DNA from: a virus | Direction: 5' to 3' (one strand) | Length of the DNA stretch: 44,054 bases | Virus record (IMG/VR): IMGVR_UViG_3300029494_000008 | Shown here: piece by piece, positions 1 to 8,240 of the stretch | How positions within the stretch are numbered: the stretch's first letter is position 1 | How the letters are laid out: every line of letters begins with the position of its first letter | Program-made: the position numbers and the translations under genes | The notes under the pieces: generated by a model | Told to the model about the DNA's origin: nothing | Databases searched by the model: none | What the model saw: only the letters and a program-made list of their open reading frames with translations

Positions 1-123
1 CGACAGTATCACCCACACGGTGGGCGGAGGATACACCATGGAAATGGAACTGTCCCTGGTGGAGGCCATGACCGAGGAAGTGATCAAGGACGCCACGGAG
101 CGCCTGGCGGCGGTGGGCGTCAT
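1..123. repeat. Terminal direct repeat copy 1. It is identical to 43932-44054 and marks either a circular-assembly overlap or true terminal redundancy.
   Basis: Base-by-base comparison shows 'cgacagtatcacccacacgg...gcggtgggcgtcat' at both window ends. The offset is 43,931. Confidence 0.95.
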
Positions 124-370
124 GGACAGCCCGGAATACTGGGTGCAGCATTACAAGGACGTGGCCAACCTGGACGGCCTGATCCTGAACATGGCCACCC
201 GGATCAAGACCAACCTGGGCGGTAGCAGTATCACCACCGTGGACGACGCCCTGGACGTGCTGACCCGCACCGGCGTGATCAACTCCCCGGACTACTGGGC
301 CAGCAAGCACAGCGCCCTGGCGTGGCTGGATCGGCTGCTGATCAATGCCGCCAACGCCCTGACCGAGTAA
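1..370 (+). CDS. 3' part of the gpD-like baseplate hub gene that starts at 43009 and wraps across the window ends. It encodes a C-terminal extension with two ~40-aa 'GV(I/M)xSP(D/E)YW' repeats.
   Basis: The frame of ORF 20..370 is continuous with the open frame 43009..44054 once the 43,931 offset is applied. The combined length is 1293 nt (431 codons including the stop). The stop is at 368-370. Confidence 0.8.
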   Translation, partial: DSITHTVGGGYTMEMELSLVEAMTEEVIKDATERLAAVGVMDSPEYWVQHYKDVANLDGLILNMATRIKTNLGGSSITTVDDALDVLTRTGVINSPDYWASKHSALAWLDRLLINAANALTE

Positions 371-380
371 GGAGGAGCCA

Positions 381-773
381 ATGAAGGGAGAAATTCGCCT
401 GGGGAAAATATCGTCCATCGACTACGCCAAGGGCATGGCCCGGGTGGTGTACCACGAAAAGGACGACGACGTGACGCGCCTGATCCCCCTTCTCTCCCAT
501 GAGTACAAAATGCCCCCGGTGGGGTCCCAGGTCCTTGTGGTCCACCTGTCCAACGGGACGGAGGCCGGCGTGGTCCTGGGCCGGCCGTGGAGCGAGAAGA
601 ACGTGCCGCCGGAGGGCGGGGCCACACTGTACCGGAAGGACCTGGGGCAGAACCCCGGGGACGCCATGATCCGGTACGACGGCAGCACCCTGACCATCAA
701 ATGCACCGGTGCCATCAACATCGAGGCCGGCGGGGCCATCACCATCAACGGCGCCACCATCGACCTGAATTAA
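381..773 (+). CDS. Baseplate spike / assembly protein V-like.
   Basis: 130-aa ORF with SD 'aaggagg' 6 nt upstream. It lies between the gpD-like hub gene and the PAAR, gpW and gpJ genes, and its size and N-terminal pattern resemble the gpV family. Confidence 0.6.
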   Translation: MKGEIRLGKISSIDYAKGMARVVYHEKDDDVTRLIPLLSHEYKMPPVGSQVLVVHLSNGTEAGVVLGRPWSEKNVPPEGGATLYRKDLGQNPGDAMIRYDGSTLTIKCTGAINIEAGGAITINGATIDLN

Positions 774-788
774 AAGGAGGCGGGAACC

Positions 789-1127
789 ATGCCAAACGCG
801 GCAAGACTGACGGACGCGGTGGACGGGACCACCGCCGGGGAACATTCGGGGCACGTGCCCCCACACTCCCCCGAACCATTCACCGGGGAGATCTCCGGGG
901 CCTGTTCCGGGGACGTGCGGGTGAACGGCCTGGCGGCCGCGACGGTGGGAAGTATCACCACCGAGCGGGACGGGTGCTGTGGATCCAGCCAGGGCGCGGT
1001 GGCGGCAGGCAGCGGAACCGTGCGGATCAACGGAAAAGCGGCGGCCCGCACCGGCGACGCCCTGGCCCCCCATAGCGGGAGCGGGACCATCACCGGAGGC
1101 AGCGCCACCGTGCGGATCGGAGGGTAA
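789..1127 (+). CDS. PAAR-domain spike-tip protein.
   Basis: 112 aa. It has PAAR-like motifs 'MPNAARLTD' and 'GKAAARTGD' and is Gly/Cys/His-rich. It sits directly after the spike gene. Confidence 0.65.
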   Translation: MPNAARLTDAVDGTTAGEHSGHVPPHSPEPFTGEISGACSGDVRVNGLAAATVGSITTERDGCCGSSQGAVAAGSGTVRINGKAAARTGDALAPHSGSGTITGGSATVRIGG

Positions 1128-1130
1128 ACC

Positions 1131-1526
1131 ATGGCCATCGGAACACTGGGAAGAAAGATCGTTTTTGAGGTGAGCGACGACCGGGTTTTTACGTTTTCGG
1201 AAATGACCCGGGAGATCACGAGCCGGTGGGCCAACCACGAACCCCAGGGGGTCAAGCCAAAGCCGGAGTTTTTGGGCGCCGGCCTGCAGACGGCCAGCCT
1301 GACGATCACCATTTCCGCCACCCTGGGGGTCCGCCCCCGGGACGTGCTGGAGGCCATCGAGAACATGGTGGAGAGCGGCACGGCGGAAACCCTGGTGATC
1401 GGCAACAGGCCGGTGGGAAACAACCCCTTCCGCCTGACCGGATCGAGCGAAACCTGGGGCGTGGTGTATAACCGGGGCGAACTGGCCAGGGCCTCCGTGA
1501 CCATCAACCTGGAGGAGTACACATGA
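1131..1526 (+). CDS. Tail protein, P2 GpU-like.
   Basis: 131 aa. The pattern '...SRWANHEP...PEFLGAGLQTASLTITI...LEEY' resembles the GpU family. It lies in the baseplate cluster. Confidence 0.45.
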   Translation: MAIGTLGRKIVFEVSDDRVFTFSEMTREITSRWANHEPQGVKPKPEFLGAGLQTASLTITISATLGVRPRDVLEAIENMVESGTAETLVIGNRPVGNNPFRLTGSSETWGVVYNRGELARASVTINLEEYT

Positions 1527-1828
1527 ACGAAACCGGCGTTTACGACTTCAAACTGGAATACACCTTCGCCGGCGACTACATGGCAGAACTGGACCGGCAA
1601 CTGGCCCTGCTCCTGTCCACGCGGGAGGGCACCATGCCCCTGGATCGGGAGTTCGGCCTGAACATGGACTTTGTGGATATGCCGCCGGAGGTGGCCAAAA
1701 GCCTATACACGGCGGAGGTCACGGAGAAGGTGGCCAAGTTTATCCCCACGGTACGGGTCCAGGAAGTCAAATGGAGCAGCGGAGGACAAGCGAATTTAAT
1801 TGCAAAGGTGGTGATCACAAGTGCCTGA
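1523..1828 (+). CDS. Baseplate wedge protein gpW/gp25-like.
   Basis: 101 aa. It overlaps the previous stop and lies immediately upstream of the gpJ-like gene. The '...LLSTREGTMPLDREFG...' pattern is typical of the GPW_gp25 family. Confidence 0.7.
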   Translation: MNETGVYDFKLEYTFAGDYMAELDRQLALLLSTREGTMPLDREFGLNMDFVDMPPEVAKSLYTAEVTEKVAKFIPTVRVQEVKWSSGGQANLIAKVVITSA

Positions 1829-2978
1829 CGAAATGAACGCGATCAAGAGCCTGCCGGACATTTCTTTCATCGACAACAAGGACATTGACCAGGTGCGGCA
1901 GGAAATGGTGGCGGACTATGAAAGTTTTATTTCCGAGGCCACCGGCCAGACCGTGACCCTGGAGCGGTCCAGCGTCCACCGTATGGAACTTTACGCGGCG
2001 GCGGCGCAGATCTACCAGGCCATGCAGTACATTGACCGACAGGGAAAGCAAAGTATCCTGAAATACTCCTATTCGGATTTTCTGGACAACCTGGCCATTT
2101 TTAAGGGCGTGACCCGGAACCCGGCCACGCCGGCCACCACCACCCTGCGCTTTACCCTTTCGGCGGAGCGGGACACGGCCACCGGGATCCCCCAGGGGAC
2201 CCGAGTTTCTACGGCCGGCGCCATCTACTTCGCCACGGACGTGTATGCGGAGATCCCGGCGGGGTCCACCACCGTGGACGTGCCGGCCACCTGCACGGTG
2301 GCGGGCACGGACGGAAACGGGTTCGCCGCCGGAGAACTGGCCACCATTGTGGATCCGATCCCCTACGTGGCCAGCGTGACCAACACGACAGCCACCGAGG
2401 GCGGCGCGGAGATCGAGAGCGACGACGACCTGGCGGAACGGGTTTTCCTGGCCCCTGGGGCCTATTCTACGGCCGGACCGGAGGACGGATACCTGTACCA
2501 CGCCAAGGCGTACAGCGCCGCCATAGGCGACGTGGTGGCCACCAGCAACCAGGCGGCGGGGACCGTGGACATTGTTTTCATCATGGCGGACGGCAGCACC
2601 CCGGGGGAGGAAATGATCGAGGGCCTGGAGGGATACCTGCAGGGCAAGACGATCCGGCCCATGACGGACCTGGTACGGGTGGCCGCGCCGCAAGAGGTCA
2701 CGTACACCATCAACCTGACCTATTACATCAACCGGAGCGACAGCGCCAAAGCTGTGACCATCCAGGCGGCGGTGGCCCAGGCCGTGGCGGACTATCAGAC
2801 ATGGCAAAGGGCAATCGGGCGGGATATTAACCCCTCCCAACTGGTCCGCATGATCATGGACGCGGGCGCCAAGCGCGTGACCGTGACGGCCCCCACATAC
2901 ACCGCCGTGGACGCCACCAAGGTGTCCGCCCTCCAGGGGGACGCCGTGATCAGTTACGGAGGGCTGGAGGATGATTAA
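1821..2978 (+). CDS. Baseplate J-like protein.
   Basis: 385 aa with a GTG start overlapping the upstream gene. Size and synteny (W-J-I-fibre) fit. Confidence 0.75.
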   Translation: MPDEMNAIKSLPDISFIDNKDIDQVRQEMVADYESFISEATGQTVTLERSSVHRMELYAAAAQIYQAMQYIDRQGKQSILKYSYSDFLDNLAIFKGVTRNPATPATTTLRFTLSAERDTATGIPQGTRVSTAGAIYFATDVYAEIPAGSTTVDVPATCTVAGTDGNGFAAGELATIVDPIPYVASVTNTTATEGGAEIESDDDLAERVFLAPGAYSTAGPEDGYLYHAKAYSAAIGDVVATSNQAAGTVDIVFIMADGSTPGEEMIEGLEGYLQGKTIRPMTDLVRVAAPQEVTYTINLTYYINRSDSAKAVTIQAAVAQAVADYQTWQRAIGRDINPSQLVRMIMDAGAKRVTVTAPTYTAVDATKVSALQGDAVISYGGLEDD

Positions 2979-3624
2979 ACTTTCCGGGAGCCGGTTCACG
3001 GACATTATGCCGGAAAACCTGGCCAGCCAGGTGGAAACCCAGGCTTTCGCCTACGCGGTGGGACGGCAGATCGAAAAACTGTGCGCCTACTCCGACGCGG
3101 CAAGGACCTACGCGGCCATAGCGACCATGCCGGAGTGGCTGCTGGACTATATGGCCGTAGAACTTCGCACCCCGTCCTATGATGAAAACTATTCCCTGAA
3201 AACCAAACGGGCGCTGATCCAGGGGTCCCTCCTGTTTTACACGCAGATGGGGACGCCGGCGGCGGTGAACCGGATCATTGAAACCATCTTTGAAACCGGG
3301 TACATCGAGGAATGGTACGAGTATGACGGGGATCCCCACCACTTCCGCGCCTACGTAGGCGACGGCGGAGAGGTGGGGCCGGGGGAACTGGAGGAGTTCC
3401 GGCGGGTCCTGTCCTCCGTCAAGCGCCTTTCGTCGTGGCTGGATGATATTATCACGATCACCGCCATGGACCCGGATATGGTGACGTTTACGGGGACCAT
3501 GGGGAAGGGCTACACGTCCACGCCCCTGCCGGAGGCGGCGGTGGACTACCACCTGGAGGACATGATCCGAGCGGGCGGAACATTCGGCACCATTACACAA
3601 ACCGCCATCCCGGCGGCAATCTAA
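2971..3624 (+). CDS. Tail protein I-like (P2 gpI / XkdU-like).
   Basis: 217 aa. It overlaps the gpJ stop and precedes the tail fibre gene. Confidence 0.65.
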   Translation: MIKLSGSRFTDIMPENLASQVETQAFAYAVGRQIEKLCAYSDAARTYAAIATMPEWLLDYMAVELRTPSYDENYSLKTKRALIQGSLLFYTQMGTPAAVNRIIETIFETGYIEEWYEYDGDPHHFRAYVGDGGEVGPGELEEFRRVLSSVKRLSSWLDDIITITAMDPDMVTFTGTMGKGYTSTPLPEAAVDYHLEDMIRAGGTFGTITQTAIPAAI

Positions 3625-3639
3625 ACAGGAGGAAAACCC

Positions 3640-6159
3640 ATGTTTTACGGATTTGTAATCACCGAGGCAGGAAACAGCCTGCTGGCCAGCATGGTGGCGG
3701 GCCAAACCCTGACCATCACAAAGGCGGTCGTGGGCGAGGGCACCGCAGACAACGCGGAGGCCGCCAGGAAGTTGACAAACCTGATCACCCCGGGGCCGGA
3801 GGCCACCAGCACCGAGCCGACGGTGGACGGGAACAACGTCAACATGATCGTGGAGTATCGGTCCGACCTGAACGGCGGCCTGCAGGAAGGGTTCTGGATC
3901 GGTGAATTTGGCATTTTCGGCAAGGTGGGGAACGGCGCGGAAACCATGATCGGGTACGGTTCCCTGGGCGACGCCAAGCAGTACGTGAGCGCCTACGTGG
4001 CCGGGGCCGCCCCGGACGTGCGCCGGTATCCCGTTTCCATCACCGTTACCACCGGGATCCAGGTTGACGTGGCATACCCGGCGGAGGCGTGGATGACCGC
4101 CGAGGACGTGGCGGAATACTTCAACCAGACATTGAAACCCGACCTGGAGGAGAGCCTGCAGGACCTGATCGACGACCACAACGAGGACCCGGACGCCCAC
4201 GGCGGCGCCCTGGAGGGCAAGCAGGACCAGATCAAGGCGGAGGGGATCCTGAAAGGGACCAAGACCACCACCGAGGAGGGCGACACGTACAGCGTGGGCG
4301 CGGCCACGCCTGGCACCGACTACCAGGCCCCCACCAACGCCCTGACAGCGGCGGCGGCCATGACCACCCAGGACCTGATCCCCTTCTATGACGTGGCGAC
4401 CGGCCAGCACAAGCGGACCACCCTGCAGGCGCTGAAAGAGGCCATCGGAGTGCAAAGCCCGGCCATCAACGTGACCACCTGCGCGGGGGCCTCCGTGACC
4501 TGTTCGGACGGCGTGACCACCCTGGAGGGCACCGGGTCAACGGAGTTTGAACTGCCAAACGTCGGAAACTGGACCGTGACCGCCACCCTGGACGGGGAGA
4601 GCGTGTCCGAGGTGGTGGAGGTGAGCGGCGCCCTGCTGTATGAGGTGGACCTGATGATCACGAGCGGGATCGCCGTGACGGCACAGCCGGACAAGACCAC
4701 CTATTTCATCGGGGAGGAGTTCGACCCGGAGGGCATGGTGGTAACGGCCACCTTTGCCGACGACACCACCGCAGACGTGACCGAGGACTGCACCTTCTCC
4801 CCGGAAACCATGGCGGCGGGCACCCAATCCGTGACCATTACATACGTCCGGGCGGGCGTCACCAAGACCGCCACGGTGGCGGTGGCGGTGCGGACCCTGG
4901 ACCATATCGCCGTGACCACGCCGCCCAATAAGACGGCCTACAAGTACGGGGAAACCTTCCAGCCGGCGGGCATGGTGGTGACGGCCTACTACACCGACGA
5001 AACCAGCCGGACGGTGACGGGGTACACCTACTCCCCCACCGGCGCCCTGGACATGGACGACACCACGATCACCGTTTCCTACACGGAGGGGAGCGTGAGC
5101 AAGCAGACCACCCAGGCCATCACCGTGGCCAAGGTGCTGGAGAGTATCGAGATCACCACGCCCCCCAACAAAACCGCCTATTTCTCCGGGGAAACCTTCA
5201 ACCCGGCGGGCATGGTGGTGACGGCCCACTACAACGACGGGAGCAGCGCGGCGGTGACGGGGTACACCTACTCCCCCACCGGCGCCCTGGCCACGGGCAA
5301 CACCACGATCACCGTTTCCTATGCGGAGGGCGGCGTGACCAAGACGGACACCCAGGCCATCACCGTGACCGCGATCTCCAACACCCTGAACAGCAATTCC
5401 TGGGCCACCATCAAGGCCGTTTCGGACGCCGGGCAGGGCGCAAACTACTGGGACGTAGGCGACACCAAGCAGATCACGATCAACGGACAGGTGGGAAATA
5501 CGAACATTTCCAACCTGGCGATCAACGTGTTTATTATCGGGTTCAACCACAACGCCAGCCGGGAGGGTTCCAACCGGATCCACTTCAAGATCGGCAAAAT
5601 CGGCAGCACCCAGGTGGGCCTCTGTGATAACCAGTATAGCAATTACCAGAGCGGAAACGGGTATTTCAACATGAACCCGAACAACAGCAACAGCGGCGGG
5701 TGGGCCAACTGCCACATGAGAAAGACGATCCTGGGATCCGACGCAAGCCCCACCAGCCCACGGGCAAACACCCTGCTGGCGGCCCTGCCGGCGGACCTCC
5801 GGGCCGTTATGAAACCGATCACCAAGTATTCGGACAACACCGGCGGCGGCAACAATACGGCCAGTTACGTGACCAGCACCACGGACTACCTGCCCCTGCT
5901 TTCGGAGTTCGAGTACCACGGCGCCCGGACCTATGCCAACAGCGCGGAGCAGAACTTCCAGCAGCAGTACGCCTATTATCAGGCGGGCAACAGCAAGGTG
6001 CATTACAAGCACAACGCCACCGGCACGGCGGCCTTTGCGTGGTGCCGGTCCGTCATTGCGACGAACACGAACGGTTTCTGCCGTGTCAACACCAACGGCA
6101 ACGCCAACAGCAGCGACGCGTACTATTCCTGGGCCGTGGCCGCCGGCTTTGCGGCCTAA
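3640..6159 (+). CDS. Tail fibre / receptor-binding protein and DGR target. It has three Ig-like repeats and a C-terminal variable region.
   Basis: 839 aa with SD 'aggagg' upstream. The three 80-aa repeats follow the pattern 'xPxKTxYxxGExFxPxGMVVTAxY...'. The last 126 nt before the stop pair with the template repeat at 6762-6887. Confidence 0.85.
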   Translation: MFYGFVITEAGNSLLASMVAGQTLTITKAVVGEGTADNAEAARKLTNLITPGPEATSTEPTVDGNNVNMIVEYRSDLNGGLQEGFWIGEFGIFGKVGNGAETMIGYGSLGDAKQYVSAYVAGAAPDVRRYPVSITVTTGIQVDVAYPAEAWMTAEDVAEYFNQTLKPDLEESLQDLIDDHNEDPDAHGGALEGKQDQIKAEGILKGTKTTTEEGDTYSVGAATPGTDYQAPTNALTAAAAMTTQDLIPFYDVATGQHKRTTLQALKEAIGVQSPAINVTTCAGASVTCSDGVTTLEGTGSTEFELPNVGNWTVTATLDGESVSEVVEVSGALLYEVDLMITSGIAVTAQPDKTTYFIGEEFDPEGMVVTATFADDTTADVTEDCTFSPETMAAGTQSVTITYVRAGVTKTATVAVAVRTLDHIAVTTPPNKTAYKYGETFQPAGMVVTAYYTDETSRTVTGYTYSPTGALDMDDTTITVSYTEGSVSKQTTQAITVAKVLESIEITTPPNKTAYFSGETFNPAGMVVTAHYNDGSSAAVTGYTYSPTGALATGNTTITVSYAEGGVTKTDTQAITVTAISNTLNSNSWATIKAVSDAGQGANYWDVGDTKQITINGQVGNTNISNLAINVFIIGFNHNASREGSNRIHFKIGKIGSTQVGLCDNQYSNYQSGNGYFNMNPNNSNSGGWANCHMRKTILGSDASPTSPRANTLLAALPADLRAVMKPITKYSDNTGGGNNTASYVTSTTDYLPLLSEFEYHGARTYANSAEQNFQQQYAYYQAGNSKVHYKHNATGTAAFAWCRSVIATNTNGFCRVNTNGNANSSDAYYSWAVAAGFAA
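4657..5376 (+). repeat. Three tandem 240-bp in-frame coding repeats (4657-4896, 4897-5136, 5137-5376) encoding bacterial Ig-like (Big_3-like) domains.
   Basis: Repeats 2 and 3 share long identical strings, for example 'ccggcgggcatggtggtgacggcc' and 'gtgacggggtacacctactcccccaccggcgccctgg'. Confidence 0.85.
6025..6150 (+). repeat. DGR variable repeat (VR) at the 3' end of the tail fibre gene.
   Basis: It aligns without gaps to 6762-6887. There are 12 differences, and 11 of them fall at template adenines. Confidence 0.9.
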
Positions 6160-6181
6160 TCCGGCGGAGCAATCGGGGAAA

Positions 6182-6207
6182 ATCCCGCCCACGGAAGTGG
6201 GCGGGAT
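6182..6207 (+). promoter_or_regulatory. GC-rich hairpin downstream of VR, a candidate DGR target-recognition stem-loop.
   Basis: 'atcccgcccac' (6182-6192), loop 'ggaa', then 'gtgggcgggat' (6197-6207). This is a perfect 11-bp stem with no U-tract after it. Confidence 0.6.
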
Positions 6208-6240
6208 CCTGCCGAACACACACCGAGAGGAGGGGCGGCC

Positions 6241-6699
6241 ATGTCTGTCCTGAAAAGCAAGCGATCCACCAGCAAGGCGGAGTATGTGAACCTGGCCAAT
6301 GAGATTTACACGGAAACCGTGGCATTTTTGACCCGGCTTTCCGCCAGGTACGCCCGCCTGCTGGCGGAGCCGGTGGCGGCGCTGGCCGGGGAGGTGATCG
6401 ACCAGACGGAAAAGGCGAACAGCATTTTTCCAAAGGGAGAGCCGAACCTGGGCCTGCGGAAAGGCCACCTGCTGGAGGCCAGGGCCGCGCTTATGGCCCT
6501 GGACGTGCGCCTGGGACACTGTTACACCATCCTGGCGCTGAACCCGCAGGGGTGCTTTACCAAGCCGGACGGGAAAAGTGTACCGCCGGCGGAGGCCACC
6601 AAGAAACTGGATGATATGTCGCAGAGCCTGGGCGAAAAGATCGACCGGGAAAACGAACTGATCCGGGCCGTTCTGGAGAGCGACCGGAAAAGAAAATAA
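6241..6699 (+). CDS. avd: Accessory variability determinant (Avd)-like small basic helical protein.
   Basis: 152 aa, Lys/Arg-rich and predicted helical. It occupies the canonical position between the target gene and TR. SD 'gagaggagggg' lies upstream. Confidence 0.5.
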   Translation: MSVLKSKRSTSKAEYVNLANEIYTETVAFLTRLSARYARLLAEPVAALAGEVIDQTEKANSIFPKGEPNLGLRKGHLLEARAALMALDVRLGHCYTILALNPQGCFTKPDGKSVPPAEATKKLDDMSQSLGEKIDRENELIRAVLESDRKRK

Positions 6700-6761
6700 A
6701 TCACTGGCCATTTGGGTGTATCTCTGAAAACGTGCCGAGTGGCAGGGCGGCGGGTGCTTTG

Positions 6762-6887
6762 ACGGCGGCCAATGCGTGGTGCCGGTCCGTCAATGCGACG
6801 AACACGAACAATTTCTGCCTTGTCAACACCAACGGCAACGCCAACAACAACAACGCGAACAATTCCTGGGCCGTGGCCGCCGGATTT
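6762..6887 (+). repeat. DGR template repeat (TR).
   Basis: 126 nt with 33 adenines by hand count. There are 14 AAY codons in the VR-equivalent frame. It ends in an adenine-free 20-mer 'tcctgggccgtggccgccgg' that is shared with VR. Confidence 0.9.
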
Positions 6888-7112
6888 CACAACCCCGCGA
6901 GGGGAACGGGTCAAATGCAGTAGGAAACGAACCGGACCCTTTGTGAAAGGAGAGATACTGCCCGGGCCAAAAACCCGAAACCGCACTCTGTGGCCACTTC
7001 ACGGACGCTGCTTGCATGGCGGGCCTATTGTGCTAACCCCGTTTCATGTGAAGGGGCTACGCGTTTAGCCGCACACCTACACCACAACCGCACGGAGGCG
7101 CGAAAAAAATAT
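6888..7112 (+). ncRNA. TR-to-RT spacer, the probable non-coding 3' part of the DGR RNA.
   Basis: It lies between the TR end and the RT start codon. It has no convincing CDS and contains small GC stems, for example 'cccc gcga gggg' at 6893-6904. Confidence 0.4.
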
Positions 7113-8240
7113 ATGACCAGTGAGGAGCGCCGGGAGGCGCGATACCATAGACGACAGGCCGCCCGGGAGGCGCGGCGAAGGAAACGCAGCGAGGACCTGG
7201 GCGGGATCGCCCAGGCGTTCAGTTTCCGAAAAATGTTCAAATGGGGAAAGAAGTGCTGTAACAATGTCCGGTGGAAACAATCCACGCAGAATTTTGAACG
7301 GCACCTGTTTTCCGGCACGGCCCGCAGGCGGCGGGAAGTTTTATCCGGGAAGTGGCGGCCAAAGCCGGGCGCCCATTTCCTTCTCCGGGAGCGGGGCAAA
7401 ATCCGGCCCATAGACGCCCCGCACATCAACGACCGGCAGATCCACAAAACCCTGACCAAGGAGGTGCTGGAGCCGCTATACACGCCGGGCATGATCCGGC
7501 GGAACGGCGCCAGCCAAAAGGGAAAGGGACTGTCCTTCCACCATGAGGAACTGAAACGGATCCTGCGGGAGCATTTCAGAAAACACGGCCGGGAGGGTTA
7601 CGTGGTCCTTATGGACCTAAAGCAGTTCTTTCCCTCCGCGCCCCATGCGGCAATCTACGAGCGCCACCGGCGCCTGATCCTGGACCCGGAGATCCGGGCG
7701 GTGGCGGACACGGTGGTGGCCGCTGTGCCGGGCGGCGTGGGTATGCCCCTGGGCGTGGAGCCGTCGCAGATGGAAATGGTGTCCCTGCCGTCCGCCGTGG
7801 ACAACTGGATCGCCTGCCAACTGCGGGCGGAGGATCCGGCCCACTATATGGACGACTACCACATGATCGCGGAAACCAAGGAGCAGGCGGAGGCGTTCCG
7901 GGACGCCGTGACCGAGCGCATGGAGGCCATGGGGCTGACCGTGAGCCGGAGAAAAACCAAGATCGTGCCGCTGTCCAAACCCTTCCGGTTCTGCAAGGTA
8001 AAATTCCAACTGAAACCCACCGGGAGAGTGATCACCCACGGGAACCGGGACGGGATGAAACGGGCGCGGCGGAAACTGCGGGCGTTCAAGGCCAAGGTGG
8101 ACGCCGGGGAAATGACCGTCCAGCAGGTGCGGGCGTGGCTGACCAGCCAGATCGCCTATTTCGAGAACTACAACGACCACGGCCGGGTCCTCCGGCTGAA
8201 CCGGATATTTCATGCAATTTACGGAGGTGCAGAACCATGA
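7113..8240 (+). CDS. DGR reverse transcriptase.
   Basis: Motifs seen are 'LMDLKQFFPS', 'PLGVEPSQ' (the LGxxxSQ signature of DGR RTs) and 'YMDDYHMIA' (YxDD). I chose the ATG at 7113 with 'ggagg' upstream. The track start at 6990 is probably an artefactual extension. Confidence 0.9.
   Translation: MTSEERREARYHRRQAAREARRRKRSEDLGGIAQAFSFRKMFKWGKKCCNNVRWKQSTQNFERHLFSGTARRRREVLSGKWRPKPGAHFLLRERGKIRPIDAPHINDRQIHKTLTKEVLEPLYTPGMIRRNGASQKGKGLSFHHEELKRILREHFRKHGREGYVVLMDLKQFFPSAPHAAIYERHRRLILDPEIRAVADTVVAAVPGGVGMPLGVEPSQMEMVSLPSAVDNWIACQLRAEDPAHYMDDYHMIAETKEQAEAFRDAVTERMEAMGLTVSRRKTKIVPLSKPFRFCKVKFQLKPTGRVITHGNRDGMKRARRKLRAFKAKVDAGEMTVQQVRAWLTSQIAYFENYNDHGRVLRLNRIFHAIYGGAEP

Noticed and set aside
6732-6923. 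63-aa + strand ORF whose product resembles the tail-fibre C-terminus.
   Set aside because: It is the DGR template repeat read in frame and is full of AAC/AAT (Asn) codons. It has no SD and should be treated as non-coding template RNA.
6990-7112. Upstream extension of the reverse transcriptase ORF (GTG at 6990).
   Set aside because: It has no SD, and its composition is unlike the rest of the RT. The ATG at 7113 has a 'ggagg' upstream and leaves the TR-proximal spacer non-coding. The true start remains unverified.
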